DNA of 32,000 nt from Candidatus Harpocratesius repetitus (GTDB taxonomy: Archaea > Asgardarchaeota > Lokiarchaeia > Sigyniarchaeales > Promethearchaeaceae). Below, one piece after another: positions 19,373-30,300 of the stretch. The stretch is taken from NCBI GenBank assembly GCA_021498095.1, contig JAIZWK010000001.1, positions 1,110,001 through 1,142,000 on the forward strand, read 5' to 3'. Below the pieces are notes generated by a model, which searched no databases, was not told where the DNA came from, and saw only the letters and a list, made by a program, of their open reading frames with translations. Within the stretch, counting starts at the first letter, position 1. The number at the start of each line of letters is the position of its first letter. The position numbers and the translations under genes are program-made.

Positions 19373-20035
19373 ATGAGCTTGAAGTTACTATTTTTGGATG
19401 AATTAAAAGGTTTTTATAAATCAAAAGTTATGTTGGTCCTATGGATTGGAATGCCTCTACTGAGTATTGTAATACATTCACTTCAACCTGAGACTGAAGG
19501 AATTCCACTTACTATATTTATTAGTTTAATGATTTCATCACTAAGTGGAACACTAGCATCAGTAATGTTGAGCACAACAATTGTTGCAGAGAAGAACCAG
19601 CATGTTTATGATCTTTTCTTGATCCGTCCTGTAAAATCTTGGCATATTATGCTGGCAAAGTGGCTGGCTGTTTATTTTTGCATTTTAATTGCTACAACGT
19701 TAAGTATTGGAGTAGGAATTATATTTGACTTAGTAAATACTGATGTTCCTTTTAAAATTCTTATAGATGGTTTATGGGATTCATTAGCGATTAGTTTAAG
19801 TGCCATGGCAATTGCTTGCTCCCTTTCTGTTTTAATTGGAATCTTGGTCAATTCAACAATGGTAGCTGCAATTTTAGCAATTTATTTTGGAAACCAGTTA
19901 AGCATGTTGGCAGTATTGCCAGGAATATTCTTTGAAAACATTAATACAGTTTGGTATTCAATTGGTGTTGGATTTTGTGCGACAATCATTGTGAATATTA
20001 CGATATCTTTAGTGTTGACTCGAAAGAAATTGTAG
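19373..20035 (+). CDS. ABC-2 type permease
   Basis: About 6 TM segments, AEKNQHVYDLFLIRPVK motif; abuts the ATPase gene. Confidence 0.88.
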   Translation: MSLKLLFLDELKGFYKSKVMLVLWIGMPLLSIVIHSLQPETEGIPLTIFISLMISSLSGTLASVMLSTTIVAEKNQHVYDLFLIRPVKSWHIMLAKWLAVYFCILIATTLSIGVGIIFDLVNTDVPFKILIDGLWDSLAISLSAMAIACSLSVLIGILVNSTMVAAILAIYFGNQLSMLAVLPGIFFENINTVWYSIGVGFCATIIVNITISLVLTRKKL

Positions 20036-20070
20036 GATCATCTCTATAATTTTTTGAATAATTTTTTTTC

Positions 20071-22207
20071 ATGCGACAGAGTTAAGCTTAATGGTAAAAT
20101 TTCATATAATTGGACCGTCTTTTCAAGGGACGCGTGGAACTCATGGCGACTTCAATCCCAATGATTGGGGCTTGAAAGCATCCATGGGAATGTACCGAAA
20201 CTATCAACTCTCGATTTGTGTAAGGCAATCCTGTAAAATTTCATGGCGAATTAGCATGAACTCGTAATTGAAGATTCTTGGATTATACGCAGCGAAAGGA
20301 GAGTTGATGTCTATTAGACGACGCAGTCGGACCAAACAGGCAAAAGCGTTAAGAACACATGGTGGAAAATCGTGTGTAACACTTGAACAAATAATGCTCG
20401 AAGTGAAAGAGCGCCTACTGAATTTGTTATATGTTTACCATTAAAAACACTGGAAACCTTCATCCCTGCTTGTGGCGAGATGAAAGGTGAGATTGGGAAA
20501 AAGTGAATGTCCCGAGTAATGTTGGGGATAGGTCAAATGGTCAATCTGAAAGGATACCTTCTTCTCATGTCTCTACTTGAATTGGACGTATAGGAGACTT
20601 CTCCATGACCGACATTTGCGAGAGGAATCAACCCGTGCAAGGTAGTCAACACCACCAGCATGCCGAAATTACATGGATTTCTATGAATCATGAAGCTGCA
20701 AAACGTGATGTGAAGAAGCTCCAAGAACAGATATTTCAAACTACTCATGATAAGAACTTCCATACGGCTCGCCGACTTAAAAAGCTCTTATTTATATCAT
20801 TAAATGCAAGATTTCTTGCCGTCCTTACAGTTACATCTAAGCAATGTCGATATATTCCAGGTGTTGATGGAATTATTCTTAAAACACCAGAAGAAAAATG
20901 GAATCTTGTAGAAGATCTACGAAGTATTAAGAATATCAATCAAAACCCCTAATGGTAAAAAGCGGAAACTCGGTATTCCAACTATTAAAGATCGGGCAAT
21001 GCAAATGTTTGTATATCTTACAATGATTCCAGAATGGAAAGCACGCTTTGAACCTCACAGTTTTGATTTTCGCCCAGGACGAAGTTCTTTTGATGTTGCC
21101 CATTATATCGGAGGAAATTTTGTTCCAAAGAAGGGAAAACGGCCACATTTGGGCCAAGTGCTTGATGCAGACATTTCTGCTTGTTTCGATAATATTAATC
21201 ACAATGCACTTCTCAGAAAGCTTCGTTATGAGCTCCAAATTGGTCTTATTAAATGGTGGCTTAAAGCAGGCTCCATTTCTAAAATCGGATTTTCGTCTAT
21301 CAATAAAGGTACACCACAAGATGGTCCTATCAGCCCACTACTTGCCAACATTGCTCTTGATGGCATGGAACGAATATTTGGAATCTAAAACAAATATGGA
21401 AGATATGTAAATCCTTCTCAACGACGTGGATCGAATAAATAATTGACAGTTTATCAATATATTGACGATTTTATCGCTACCGCACTTAGTAAAGAAGTCC
21501 TAGAAGACTATGCATTACCAAAACTTAAGGAATTTCTTGAATCAATTGGTTTATCATTAAACCCCGCGAAAACCAAGAATGTTAACGTTTCAGAAGATTT
21601 TGATTTTTTATTTTTCCACTTTCATAGGTTTCATCGACGTGATGGCTCGGTTAAGCAGTTTATTTATGTTCCATGCTGTGATCGATTAGATTCGTTTATG
21701 AAGAAGTTGAAAATTTGGCTACGAAAATCTCAACACCTTGCTGTTCAAGAAATTATTACTGGATTAAATCGTAAAATTAAAGGTTTCTGTAATTATTTTA
21801 AATGGAGTAGTAATGCTCATAAAGCTTTTTCATACCTTAACCACCGTTTCTATAAGATGCTGTGGAATTGGGTAAGACATAGACATCAAAAGAAACGTGG
21901 CGCAAATGATTAAGATATCGATACTGGCAACCAGTAGAAAAGAACAAATGGTAGTTACACTTCAAAAGAGCAAAATTAATTGAACCTTACAGATTGACTA
22001 CTCAATGGTGGAAACGACTTTCTGTTCGTCTTCAAACTTCTGTTTTCGACCCAAGTGCGGTTGACTATTGGAATAAGCGTTCGAATCAAGCAGTTTGGAT
22101 GAACCCTTAAATATTTAATGATTACGAGTGTGAGTTTGAGCCGGATGCTATGAAAGTCGCACGTCCGGTTCTGACGAACAGGGGGGCTTATGTCTCCCCT
22201 GATTCAT
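20071..22207 (+). mobile_element. Degenerate group II intron (probably IIB / chloroplast-like lineage)
   Basis: 5' ATGCGAC (GUGCG consensus with G>A). Domain V GAGCCGGATGCTATGAAAGTCGCACGTCCGGTTC at 22138-22171. Domain VI stem GAA-CAGGGGGG / CTCCCCTG-A-TTC with bulged A at 22202, ending AT. Internal RT fragments. Confidence 0.88.
20605..22110 (+). pseudogene. Fragmented group II intron RT/maturase lacking an HNH endonuclease domain
   Basis: RT0 (VKKLQEQIF...PGVDG), NGKKRKLGIPTIKDRAMQ, DADISACFDNI, GTPQDGPISPLLANI, YIDDF, domain X (KGFCNYF...LWNWVRHRH), tail FDPSAVDYWNKR; several frameshifts and in-frame stops. Confidence 0.9.
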
Positions 22208-22353
22208 TTTCTTGGTTTTTTATTATTAGTTTTGAGATGCTAATTTTCTTTCATTCGCTTAAATGAGCAAAATTTGCATAATTTTTATCTACAAGAAAAA
22301 TAAGCGGGGGTAAGATCTCACTTTTCTCGAAACTCTGCTATAAGTAACTATTT

Positions 22354-22781
22354 TCAATTAAATTTATGGAACAGCTTGTCCCACGGTGTGGTGTCTTGTT
22401 GATTTAAAGTGGTTGAAGTTTCATGAGCTAATTCCATTTGTCCGATGGCTTCAGAAAAGGTTCCGCGTAACTGACCAGAGGCACGAAGATCCAACACAAT
22501 AGCTTTAATATCCTTCTTAGAAATGCTGGTATTCTCATAGTTCTCTTCCAAAGTGATATTTAGTTTATGTATAAATTCGCTCAAGACGATGAGTCGAAGT
22601 TTGGAGCGATTTGTTAAAGCGTTGTATTGCGAAGAAAAGATACGTAAATCGATTCCAATCCAAAGAAGTTCAATTCACGAAGCGTCAATTAGTGAGATGA
22701 TCCCCCAAGATAGGAAAGTTCCACAGATAATCATGGAACAATAGAAAATCCTTCAGAATATTGATTTTTTTCATAATTCAT
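22354..22781 (-). pseudogene. Degenerate paralog of the 14537..15058 gene
   Basis: Reconstructs as MNYEKNQYSEGFS/YCSMIICG..WGI..AS*IELLWIGI..LSEFIHK..ISKKDIKAIVLDLRASG; 1-nt deletion near 22743, TGG>TGA stop, intact Zn ribbon not recoverable. Confidence 0.85.
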
Positions 22782-22962
22782 TGTTTAAATTTGACATCTC
22801 GAGTATTTTTTTTATTAGCACAATTTCTCATGGTGAAGAATAGTGATGTGTTACTTTTAAAGAAAAATTAATGAATTAAAAAAAGCTTGGATTCTGATTC
22901 TTAGCAATTTCAAAATTAAAAGCGGCGAGATATAAAAAGATTAGAGTGTAAAGATACTCTGA

Positions 22963-23340
22963 CTATCGGCGTCTGAGAAAAAATTGCCAATCTTTAGATG
23001 TGGGTATAAAATTCCCTGGAATCAAAGGAATCTTCTTATTATTTTTATGATTTTGTTTATTTGCTTTTCTTATATTTATGTGATTAGCTTGATACTGAGT
23101 CTCAAAAGGGACACGTTTTCTATATTCATCATCATATTTTCTTTCTGCTTCGGTTTTTTGGGAATACATTTTTTTTTCTTGATATTGTAAAAGTATTCTA
23201 GATCTTTCTTCTCTTTCTTTTTGCATTCTTTTTAGTCTTTGTTCTTTGGATTGTGGTAAATTTTCTTGACCCTCAGGAAAGATCTTATCTATATATCGAA
23301 TATTGTTTTTCTTTTTAATCGGTCTTTTATATTTTTTCAT
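22963..23340 (-). CDS. Basic hypothetical protein
   Basis: 125-aa K/R/Q/E-rich ORF, divergent from the next gene; no recognisable motif. Confidence 0.5.
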   Translation of the reverse strand: MKKYKRPIKKKNNIRYIDKIFPEGQENLPQSKEQRLKRMQKEREERSRILLQYQEKKMYSQKTEAERKYDDEYRKRVPFETQYQANHINIRKANKQNHKNNKKIPLIPGNFIPTSKDWQFFLRRR

Positions 23341-23481
23341 ATTTGTCTAATTAATTTTCTAAAAATCGTCTTTATAAATATTTCGAAATATTTTCGATAT
23401 CAATGAACAAGTAAAAATTATTGAACTATCTTATTTATGCTAAATTCAATAGATTCATTAGAAAAAAAAAATAAATAAAAA

Positions 23482-24459
23482 ATGAAAACAATGGGCGACA
23501 AATGTCCTTCATGCGGAAAAGCTGAATTAGTTGAAATGATTCCTGGATTGAGAATGTGTCCAAGTTGCAATAAAATGTTTCGTTCTTCAGATTCTTCAAG
23601 TGCAATGGCAAAAGAATCAATTGGAATTATCAAGGAAGGAGAATATTTTATGAATAACACTTCACTCAATCCAAAATGGGAAATTGCAGAGAAAGGGATT
23701 ACTATCTTTCGTGAAAAAAATAAATCATGGATGGCTGTTTTACTGTGTCATTCACCTTCCTTTGAATCGATAAAATATATTCGATTATCTTGGTGGAAAA
23801 AGTCCATCAATTCTCATGCAGGAATGTTTAAAATCCAAGATATTGACGTTTTAGAAAATACGATTATTGCCTTAAAACGGATCGATGCAATGTTCGATGA
23901 TAGTTTTAATGTAAAGGCAGGAACAACCATTGATTATGATCCTGTTCCTGAAAGGGTTAATTTTACATCTGAATTGCCCAAATTTAATGAAACTAAGAGA
24001 ATTTGTCCTAAATGTGGGCGAAAGATGAACCGGAGTTCTAATAAGCGTTTTTATGAATGTGAACGATGTGGAGAAATTGTAATAATGGAAGAAGGAAAAC
24101 CCATTATTGATCTTCCTGCTAGTTCCCTTCCTTTAGCTTTTTCATCGAATTTTCCAATCAATTATTATTTACCCGATTACGGTATTTCTGTAAAAATTGG
24201 TATGGCAGATTGGAAAGCAATTGTTATTATTCACGCTAAAGAAAATCCAGAAAAGAAGTGGTTACGATTCTATTGGTGGACTAGGAACCTTCAACAATAT
24301 ATGACGAATAAATATTCATTAGGAAGTGCACAAGGGCTGCGATGGGAAACTAAAAAGGGATTATTATCTCCAAATATATATGAAAAAGCGCATATTCCTC
24401 GAATAATAGATGCTCTTGAAAAAATGAGAGAAGAATGGCTATCTGCTAAAAAGAAATAA
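23482..24459 (+). CDS. Protein with two Zn ribbons and two internally repeated domains (PC4-like)
   Basis: CPSCG..CPSC; CPKCG..CERCG; repeats YIRLSWWKK..IQDIDVLENTIIALKRI and WLRFYWW..WETKKGL..HIPRIIDALEKM. Confidence 0.75.
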   Translation: MKTMGDKCPSCGKAELVEMIPGLRMCPSCNKMFRSSDSSSAMAKESIGIIKEGEYFMNNTSLNPKWEIAEKGITIFREKNKSWMAVLLCHSPSFESIKYIRLSWWKKSINSHAGMFKIQDIDVLENTIIALKRIDAMFDDSFNVKAGTTIDYDPVPERVNFTSELPKFNETKRICPKCGRKMNRSSNKRFYECERCGEIVIMEEGKPIIDLPASSLPLAFSSNFPINYYLPDYGISVKIGMADWKAIVIIHAKENPEKKWLRFYWWTRNLQQYMTNKYSLGSAQGLRWETKKGLLSPNIYEKAHIPRIIDALEKMREEWLSAKKK

Positions 24460-24822
24460 CTATTCTTTTTCATTATTTTTTCTAATAATTCCTGATTATT
24501 GAAATAACTATAAAAATCTTAATCTTAAATATTCTTCTTTTTTCTTGTAAAGTAATGAATTATTCTCCATTTTCTGCTAAATATTGCTGAAAAATTCAAA
24601 TATCCTTCATAATTTCTAAAGCAATGTCCCCATTATTAATATAAAGTAGAAAAAAAGGTTAAGATAAATGTAAATTATATTCATAGATAAGATGTAGATG
24701 AGAATTGAATTATCTTGCTTGTATAAATAAGAATTGAGAAAGTTTGAAATAATTAATTCTAGCAATTAAAAATAAAAAGCAATTTAGAAATGGAAAATAA
24801 TTTACAAAAAACTAAAAAAAAT

Positions 24823-25353
24823 TTACTGAATATAAGATTCTACTAGATCAATGATCTTCCTATTTCCTGTTTCCTTATTTTTAGCAATGAATTTAACTAA
24901 AACAAATTTTCCTACCGGATCTAAGTAAAGGTATCCATCATCTGATAAAACTAACCAATGGAGATCATTAATTAGACTATTAATTTCTTTAAGGAATTTC
25001 TCAAAAGCTACAGATATTTCATCCCAAAGGGCACGTTCATTCGGTTGTTGTTTATATATATAATAAGAAACTATAAAAAAAACCGCCAATGTTTGTTTAT
25101 TAACTAATGTTAAATTTAAATGCTCGTTTGGTTGATCAAGACCAATAACATATACTTTTTCTGAGTTTTCATTTTTAAAATAATACATCATCATACCTAA
25201 AGCTTTTAGATGAGGCAATCCCTTCTTTAGCAAATTTGGTGTATTTTTTCCAAAAATATTGATTAATTCAGTTTCTAAAACCTTTTTTTTGTTAAAAATA
25301 TACTGGAAAATTTCTTTGATTTGTTCTGATTCTGGTTTTGGCATATTTTTCAT
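24823..25353 (-). CDS. Tandem winged-helix KITE-like protein (Nse1/ScpB-like)
   Basis: 176 aa with two WH-like halves; HWLVLSDDGYLYLDPVG resembles the end of the Nse1 WH-B domain; last gene of the SMC cluster. Confidence 0.6.
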   Translation of the reverse strand: MKNMPKPESEQIKEIFQYIFNKKKVLETELINIFGKNTPNLLKKGLPHLKALGMMMYYFKNENSEKVYVIGLDQPNEHLNLTLVNKQTLAVFFIVSYYIYKQQPNERALWDEISVAFEKFLKEINSLINDLHWLVLSDDGYLYLDPVGKFVLVKFIAKNKETGNRKIIDLVESYIQ

Positions 25354-25393
25354 CCTACATATAATAAATTGAAAAAAAATATATATTATTTTA

Positions 25394-26335
25394 TTATCCT
25401 AAATTCATTAGAATCGGTCGTTTGCTTAAATCTCCCTTTTTAATAAATGGTTGAAGTGCTTTCCATTCATCGTAAGTAATTCCTAAAATTATTGTCGAAC
25501 TATAATTATCTTCTTGGCTTTTTTTTTTGCTATTTGGTTGAATTATTATTTTATACATTCCAGATTCTTCAATTTCATCTTCTGAACTTGGTATAATCTC
25601 AATATAATTATTAGAAACCAAATAACTGATTGCTTGAAGACGCATTAGTGTTTCCATGTAATTTGTTGAAAGAATAAATTTTAATAGTTTTATTTCCTTT
25701 TCTTCCTTCAAAGTCTCAAATATTTCCATTATTTGATCATAAAATTCATTCGCTTCTATATTATTCTCAGTAAATTCTTGTGATTCTGAAAGTGGTACTT
25801 CAATTATATTTTCATCTTTTCTTCTTTTTATTTCAAGAGAATGATAGATTTTCCTAATTACCTCTTTATTCTCCTGAAAATAATTATCAGGTAAAATTAC
25901 AGGATATATTACATGGATGGGAATTGCAATTTTTAAATCATCTTTTTCCTGATTTAATAATGGGATAATAAAATTCTCTTGAAAATTATCGAACTTTTTT
26001 TTATTTTTTAAAAAATTATGTAATTGTTTATTTCTTAATTGCCATCTTGGATCACTTTTCTCTGTAATAATGTTATTCAATTTTTCTTGTTGTTTCGAGT
26101 TAATATCGTTGATAGATTCATATCCTGTTATTCCTCTCTTTAGATCATCTTCATCACCAATAATATTTCGAATTTTTCTTAATATTTGAATCTCTTCATC
26201 AATATTAACATCGAATGGATCAATTTTTCCTACGAAAACTTCATTAGCTTTTTGAATGATGGCTTTATTATGTGAGATTATCTCTCTTTTCCGTTTTTCT
26301 AAATCTTCCTTTAACTCTGACTTGTTACTCATCAT
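25394..26335 (-). CDS. Kleisin (ScpA-like)
   Basis: N-terminal GKIDPFDVNI (archaeal ScpA GEIDPWDIDI-like); C-terminal WH-like IKLLKFIL..ETLMRLQAISYLVSNNYIEI; SMC neighbourhood. Confidence 0.75.
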   Translation of the reverse strand: MMSNKSELKEDLEKRKREIISHNKAIIQKANEVFVGKIDPFDVNIDEEIQILRKIRNIIGDEDDLKRGITGYESINDINSKQQEKLNNIITEKSDPRWQLRNKQLHNFLKNKKKFDNFQENFIIPLLNQEKDDLKIAIPIHVIYPVILPDNYFQENKEVIRKIYHSLEIKRRKDENIIEVPLSESQEFTENNIEANEFYDQIMEIFETLKEEKEIKLLKFILSTNYMETLMRLQAISYLVSNNYIEIIPSSEDEIEESGMYKIIIQPNSKKKSQEDNYSSTIILGITYDEWKALQPFIKKGDLSKRPILMNLG

Positions 26336-26354
26336 TTTTCCCTTGTTAACTCTT

Positions 26355-27323
26355 TTATTTCCCTATTTCTACATCAAATTTATATTTTTTTTTCCAATTT
26401 TTACAAAAATCCTGCAATCTATAGTAGAAATTAAAATCAGGTCCCAGAATATAAGTTTTATTACGAATTGATCCTTCATCTTTTTCTAAGATCTTCATAT
26501 TAACCAAAATGGAGAGTAATTCATTTACTTTTGGTGAAAGAATTTTTGTAAAACGTCTTAAATTCCCTAAGGATTGGTAATTGTCAAGGACCACTTGATT
26601 TACTAGCAGGATCATATTAAAAGTATCTAATTTTGTAAAAAAATTCGACCATATTGCATCGAATTCAATTTCAGTTTTTCGAGATTTCCTCGATAAAACA
26701 CCTTTTTCATATTCATTTATATAAAAAATATATAAACTCCAATAGAAATTTACAATTTTTTCGCCCAAAGAAGTGATTTTATAGGTTTTTGTAATATTAA
26801 ATTTCTTTGCATAATTGTGTTTTTCAAAATAAGTTAAATTATATCTAATTTTTGGCCCTGAACTTAGATATTTATAGTTTTTTTGTAATATTTTGTAATT
26901 TACTGCCTTATTTTCATAAGATAACCTTGATAAAAGCATAATTTTATCCAGATTTCGCAAAAAGATTGTAAAATTGGGTATTTCACCTAAACTCAAATCG
27001 AATTTTTGAAATATTTCTACCATTTTTTTTCCCAAATCAGTTAACCCAAAAATAGAAGGGTCATTAATATCATTTTCTTCAACCAATTCGAGATCAATTA
27101 ATTTATTTATGATTAGCGATTTGATTTTTTCTTCACGATAATGAATATTTTTTACTTTTTTTTTAATCGCAGTGAGATTAGCACCTTCAATTGGATATAA
27201 ATATATCATAACAGAAAAATATGGGTGTCTAACGATTTTTAGTAAATTTAAACAAATGATCATTTCTAGATCGATTTTGTTAAATTTTTTTAATTCATTT
27301 ATCAATACTTTATTTTCCATCAA
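26355..27323 (-). CDS. Protein with three winged-helix repeats
   Basis: Three helix-then-wing endings: LIDLELVE..FGLTDLGKK, FEKHNYAK..YKITSLGEK, LVNMKILE..YILGP. Likely ATG at 27320. Confidence 0.7.
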   Translation of the reverse strand: MMENKVLINELKKFNKIDLEMIICLNLLKIVRHPYFSVMIYLYPIEGANLTAIKKKVKNIHYREEKIKSLIINKLIDLELVEENDINDPSIFGLTDLGKKMVEIFQKFDLSLGEIPNFTIFLRNLDKIMLLSRLSYENKAVNYKILQKNYKYLSSGPKIRYNLTYFEKHNYAKKFNITKTYKITSLGEKIVNFYWSLYIFYINEYEKGVLSRKSRKTEIEFDAIWSNFFTKLDTFNMILLVNQVVLDNYQSLGNLRRFTKILSPKVNELLSILVNMKILEKDEGSIRNKTYILGPDFNFYYRLQDFCKNWKKKYKFDVEIGK

Positions 27324-27388
27324 TTTTTACCCTTTTTCTATTATTTGAGCCAATTTTTGCATATTTATTTTACTAAAATTTAAAAAAA

Positions 27389-30300
27389 TTATGCTATAAC
27401 TGTATTATTTTTAGTTTTCACACAAGTAATATAATTCATTCCTTCGGTCATTTCTTTTAAGGAAATATCTGGAGCAACTAATATAAATTGAGGTGAAATC
27501 TTTCCGGTGAAATCGCTTTCTTTTAATTCCATTGCCCTAGATATCATATTTGGTATTTGAAGTATTAAATTACGTTTACTTACTGGATCTAATCCACGAT
27601 CAAATTCATCAATTGCGGTGATTGGAGTCACACTTTGAGTCTGGAGTGCTAAAACTAAAGCAATAATCCCTGCTTGTTTCTGCCCACTACTATGTTGTGC
27701 AATTGGTCGAGGCTCTTCTAATCCAAATTGAGTGTGAATGATCAATTTAGGAATGTTTGATTCTTCATTGATTTCAATTGTTCCATCTGCTCCAATTGAG
27801 TTTAAAATTTCCTTAAATAATGAGTTCACATGATCAACTTTTTCAGTAACTGTATACGAAATTTTCTCACTCCATTCTTTTCCTTCTTTTTCAAGTGAAT
27901 CAATTGATTTTGTATATTCCTTAATTTTTTCTTGTAAACTTGCAATAAATGCTTTAGATTGTTGGTATAATTCTTCGTCTTCATCAGTAATTTTCATTTT
28001 TTTTATTTCATTACTTAATCGTTGAACTCGATCTTTAAGAATAATTTTTTCAGGAATTTTTTCAGGAATCTTTTGTCCTTTGAATTTTTCTTCCAATATT
28101 TCACGTTCATTATTCAATTTCACAAGGATATTTTGAGTCTGTTTTAAAAAGGCTTCAATTTCATAAATTTCATTTTTGATTTCATTAACTGATTCTTTTT
28201 GGTCGCGAACCTTTTCTTCCCATTCTGCTTTTTCCTTTTCACTTTTTTCAACTTCCTTTTTTAAATCCAGAAATTTGCTTTCAAATTCATGTAGTTTATT
28301 TTCCTGTGTTTCTAATTCTTCAAGAATAGATTCTAATTCTTTTTCTTTTAATTGAGTTGAATTATCTAATTTCTCCAGTTCTTTCTTAATTTGCTCTATT
28401 TGATGATTAAAATTTTTTATTAATCTATTAGGATCTTTTTCATGTTTTGCTTGTTCAACTTTAGTTATTTGATCTTCAAGCTTTCCGATTTGCTTTAATA
28501 TTTCGTCTCTTTTCTGGTGTAAATTTTGGATATTTTTATCAGTTCTTAATGCATTTCTTCGTTGATTGGAGAGACTTTTCAAATCTCTTTCAAGATCTAT
28601 TAATTGTTGTTGGATGTTTTTTATCATACTATTAGTATCTGTTAATTTCTCTCCAATTGAAACAATAAGTTTTGATTGCCCTGGTGATCTTGTCGACCCT
28701 TCTTTACTTCTATAGGAAAATCCGTCTATCGACATAAATTGAAAGCGATATTTCAAAGACATTTCGAGTATGAATTTTGCATTTGTTTCGTCAATTAATA
28801 CATTATCACCACCTGAATGAATTCGGGCGTAATAAATTGCGTTTTGATCACCAACTAATACTTTATGTACGAATTCAACATCTCTACCTGACTCTTTACG
28901 GATGGTATTAATTTTACCATCAGTAATAAATACTCTTTGAGGTAAATTTTGGGGATCTAAGTATCCAATACTAATTCTCCTAAAATCGTTTGTAGATTTT
29001 CTCAATTCGTGAAGTCTATCGAATGAGTCTTTATCTAGTGCAACAAAGTCAAAAAGAATATTGTTTAAAGAAAGAGATGCGGCATCTCGCCATTTTTCAT
29101 GGTGAGGTTGAACGTCTAAAAGTTGATATATAGGACCAATAACTTTTTTGTGCAAATTGGCTTTTTTTATCTGATCTTTAAAAAGTTGTGCAATAAGTAC
29201 TCTTCTGTTCTGTTTTCCGCTCCCTTTTTTATCTCTACTTTGTTCTTCAGCAGAAAGTTCTCTTTTTTTGTTCTCTAAATCGCGTCGGGTCTTTCGCAAG
29301 TGTTTCTCTTTTTTATCAAATTCAATTATAATTTCGTTATTTCTTTTTTTTATTTTATTCTCAATTATTTCTATTTTATTTTCTAATTCTTTTTTTTGAG
29401 AATTTAATTCCGCTAATCGATTATTATATTCAGATAATATATCTTTCTCTTTGGTTGTTCTTTTAATATTGTTAATTTTTAATTTCAATTCTGAAATTTT
29501 AGTTTCTTTAATTTTTTTTTCTTTGCTAAATTTTTGGAGTTCTCGATTTATCTTCGCTTCTTGATTTGATAGTGCTGATTTACTTCCTTTAATCTGATTA
29601 TAGATTTCTGTTCCTTTTTTTAATTTTTTCTTTTTATTTACAAAAATCTCATTAAATTCATTATATTTTACAGAAATTTCTTTTAGTTTTTTCTCTTCTT
29701 TTGATAGATTCTTTTGAAATTCTTTTAATTTTTCCTGGTTTTGATTTAAATCCCTATTATTTTTATTAATTTTCTTTTGGATTTCAATCAAATCTGCATA
29801 TTCTAATAATTTAGAAGTTTTCTTCAATTCTTTTTGTTTTTCTTGCTTTTCTAGCCATTGTCTATGCAAAATTTCCAATTTTGAATTTTCCAATTTTTTT
29901 TGACTAATTTTTTGTTCCAGATCACCTTTTTCTTCTCTTTTTGTTTTAAGGTTTTTTATAATCATTTTATATTTTTCTTCAATTTTCTTTAAACCTAATT
30001 TTCCCATAAAAATGTTATATCTATTTTCAGGTGAGTCGTTAATAAAAGCTAAGAAATCTTCAGCTGGAACAAAAACTAATTCATCATTTGCATCAATTCC
30101 AACATTAGAATATGCTTCAAGAAGATCCTTCACATCTGCTCCAGACAATTTATCGAACTTTCGATTATCTGGATTATAAATATAAAAAGTTGTCCGACCT
30201 GCTGGATGGATTTTTCTTCTTATTTTTACTTCTTCATTCCACAGATATTTCTTATTAAATTTGAGATTTTTTGAATGCAAGATACGTTGTTTCTCATCAA

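Noticed and set aside
20605-22110. DGR, retron or CRISPR-associated RT
   Set aside because: RT0, domain X and flanking domains V/VI identify a group II intron; no TR/VR pair, msr-msd or cas genes seen.
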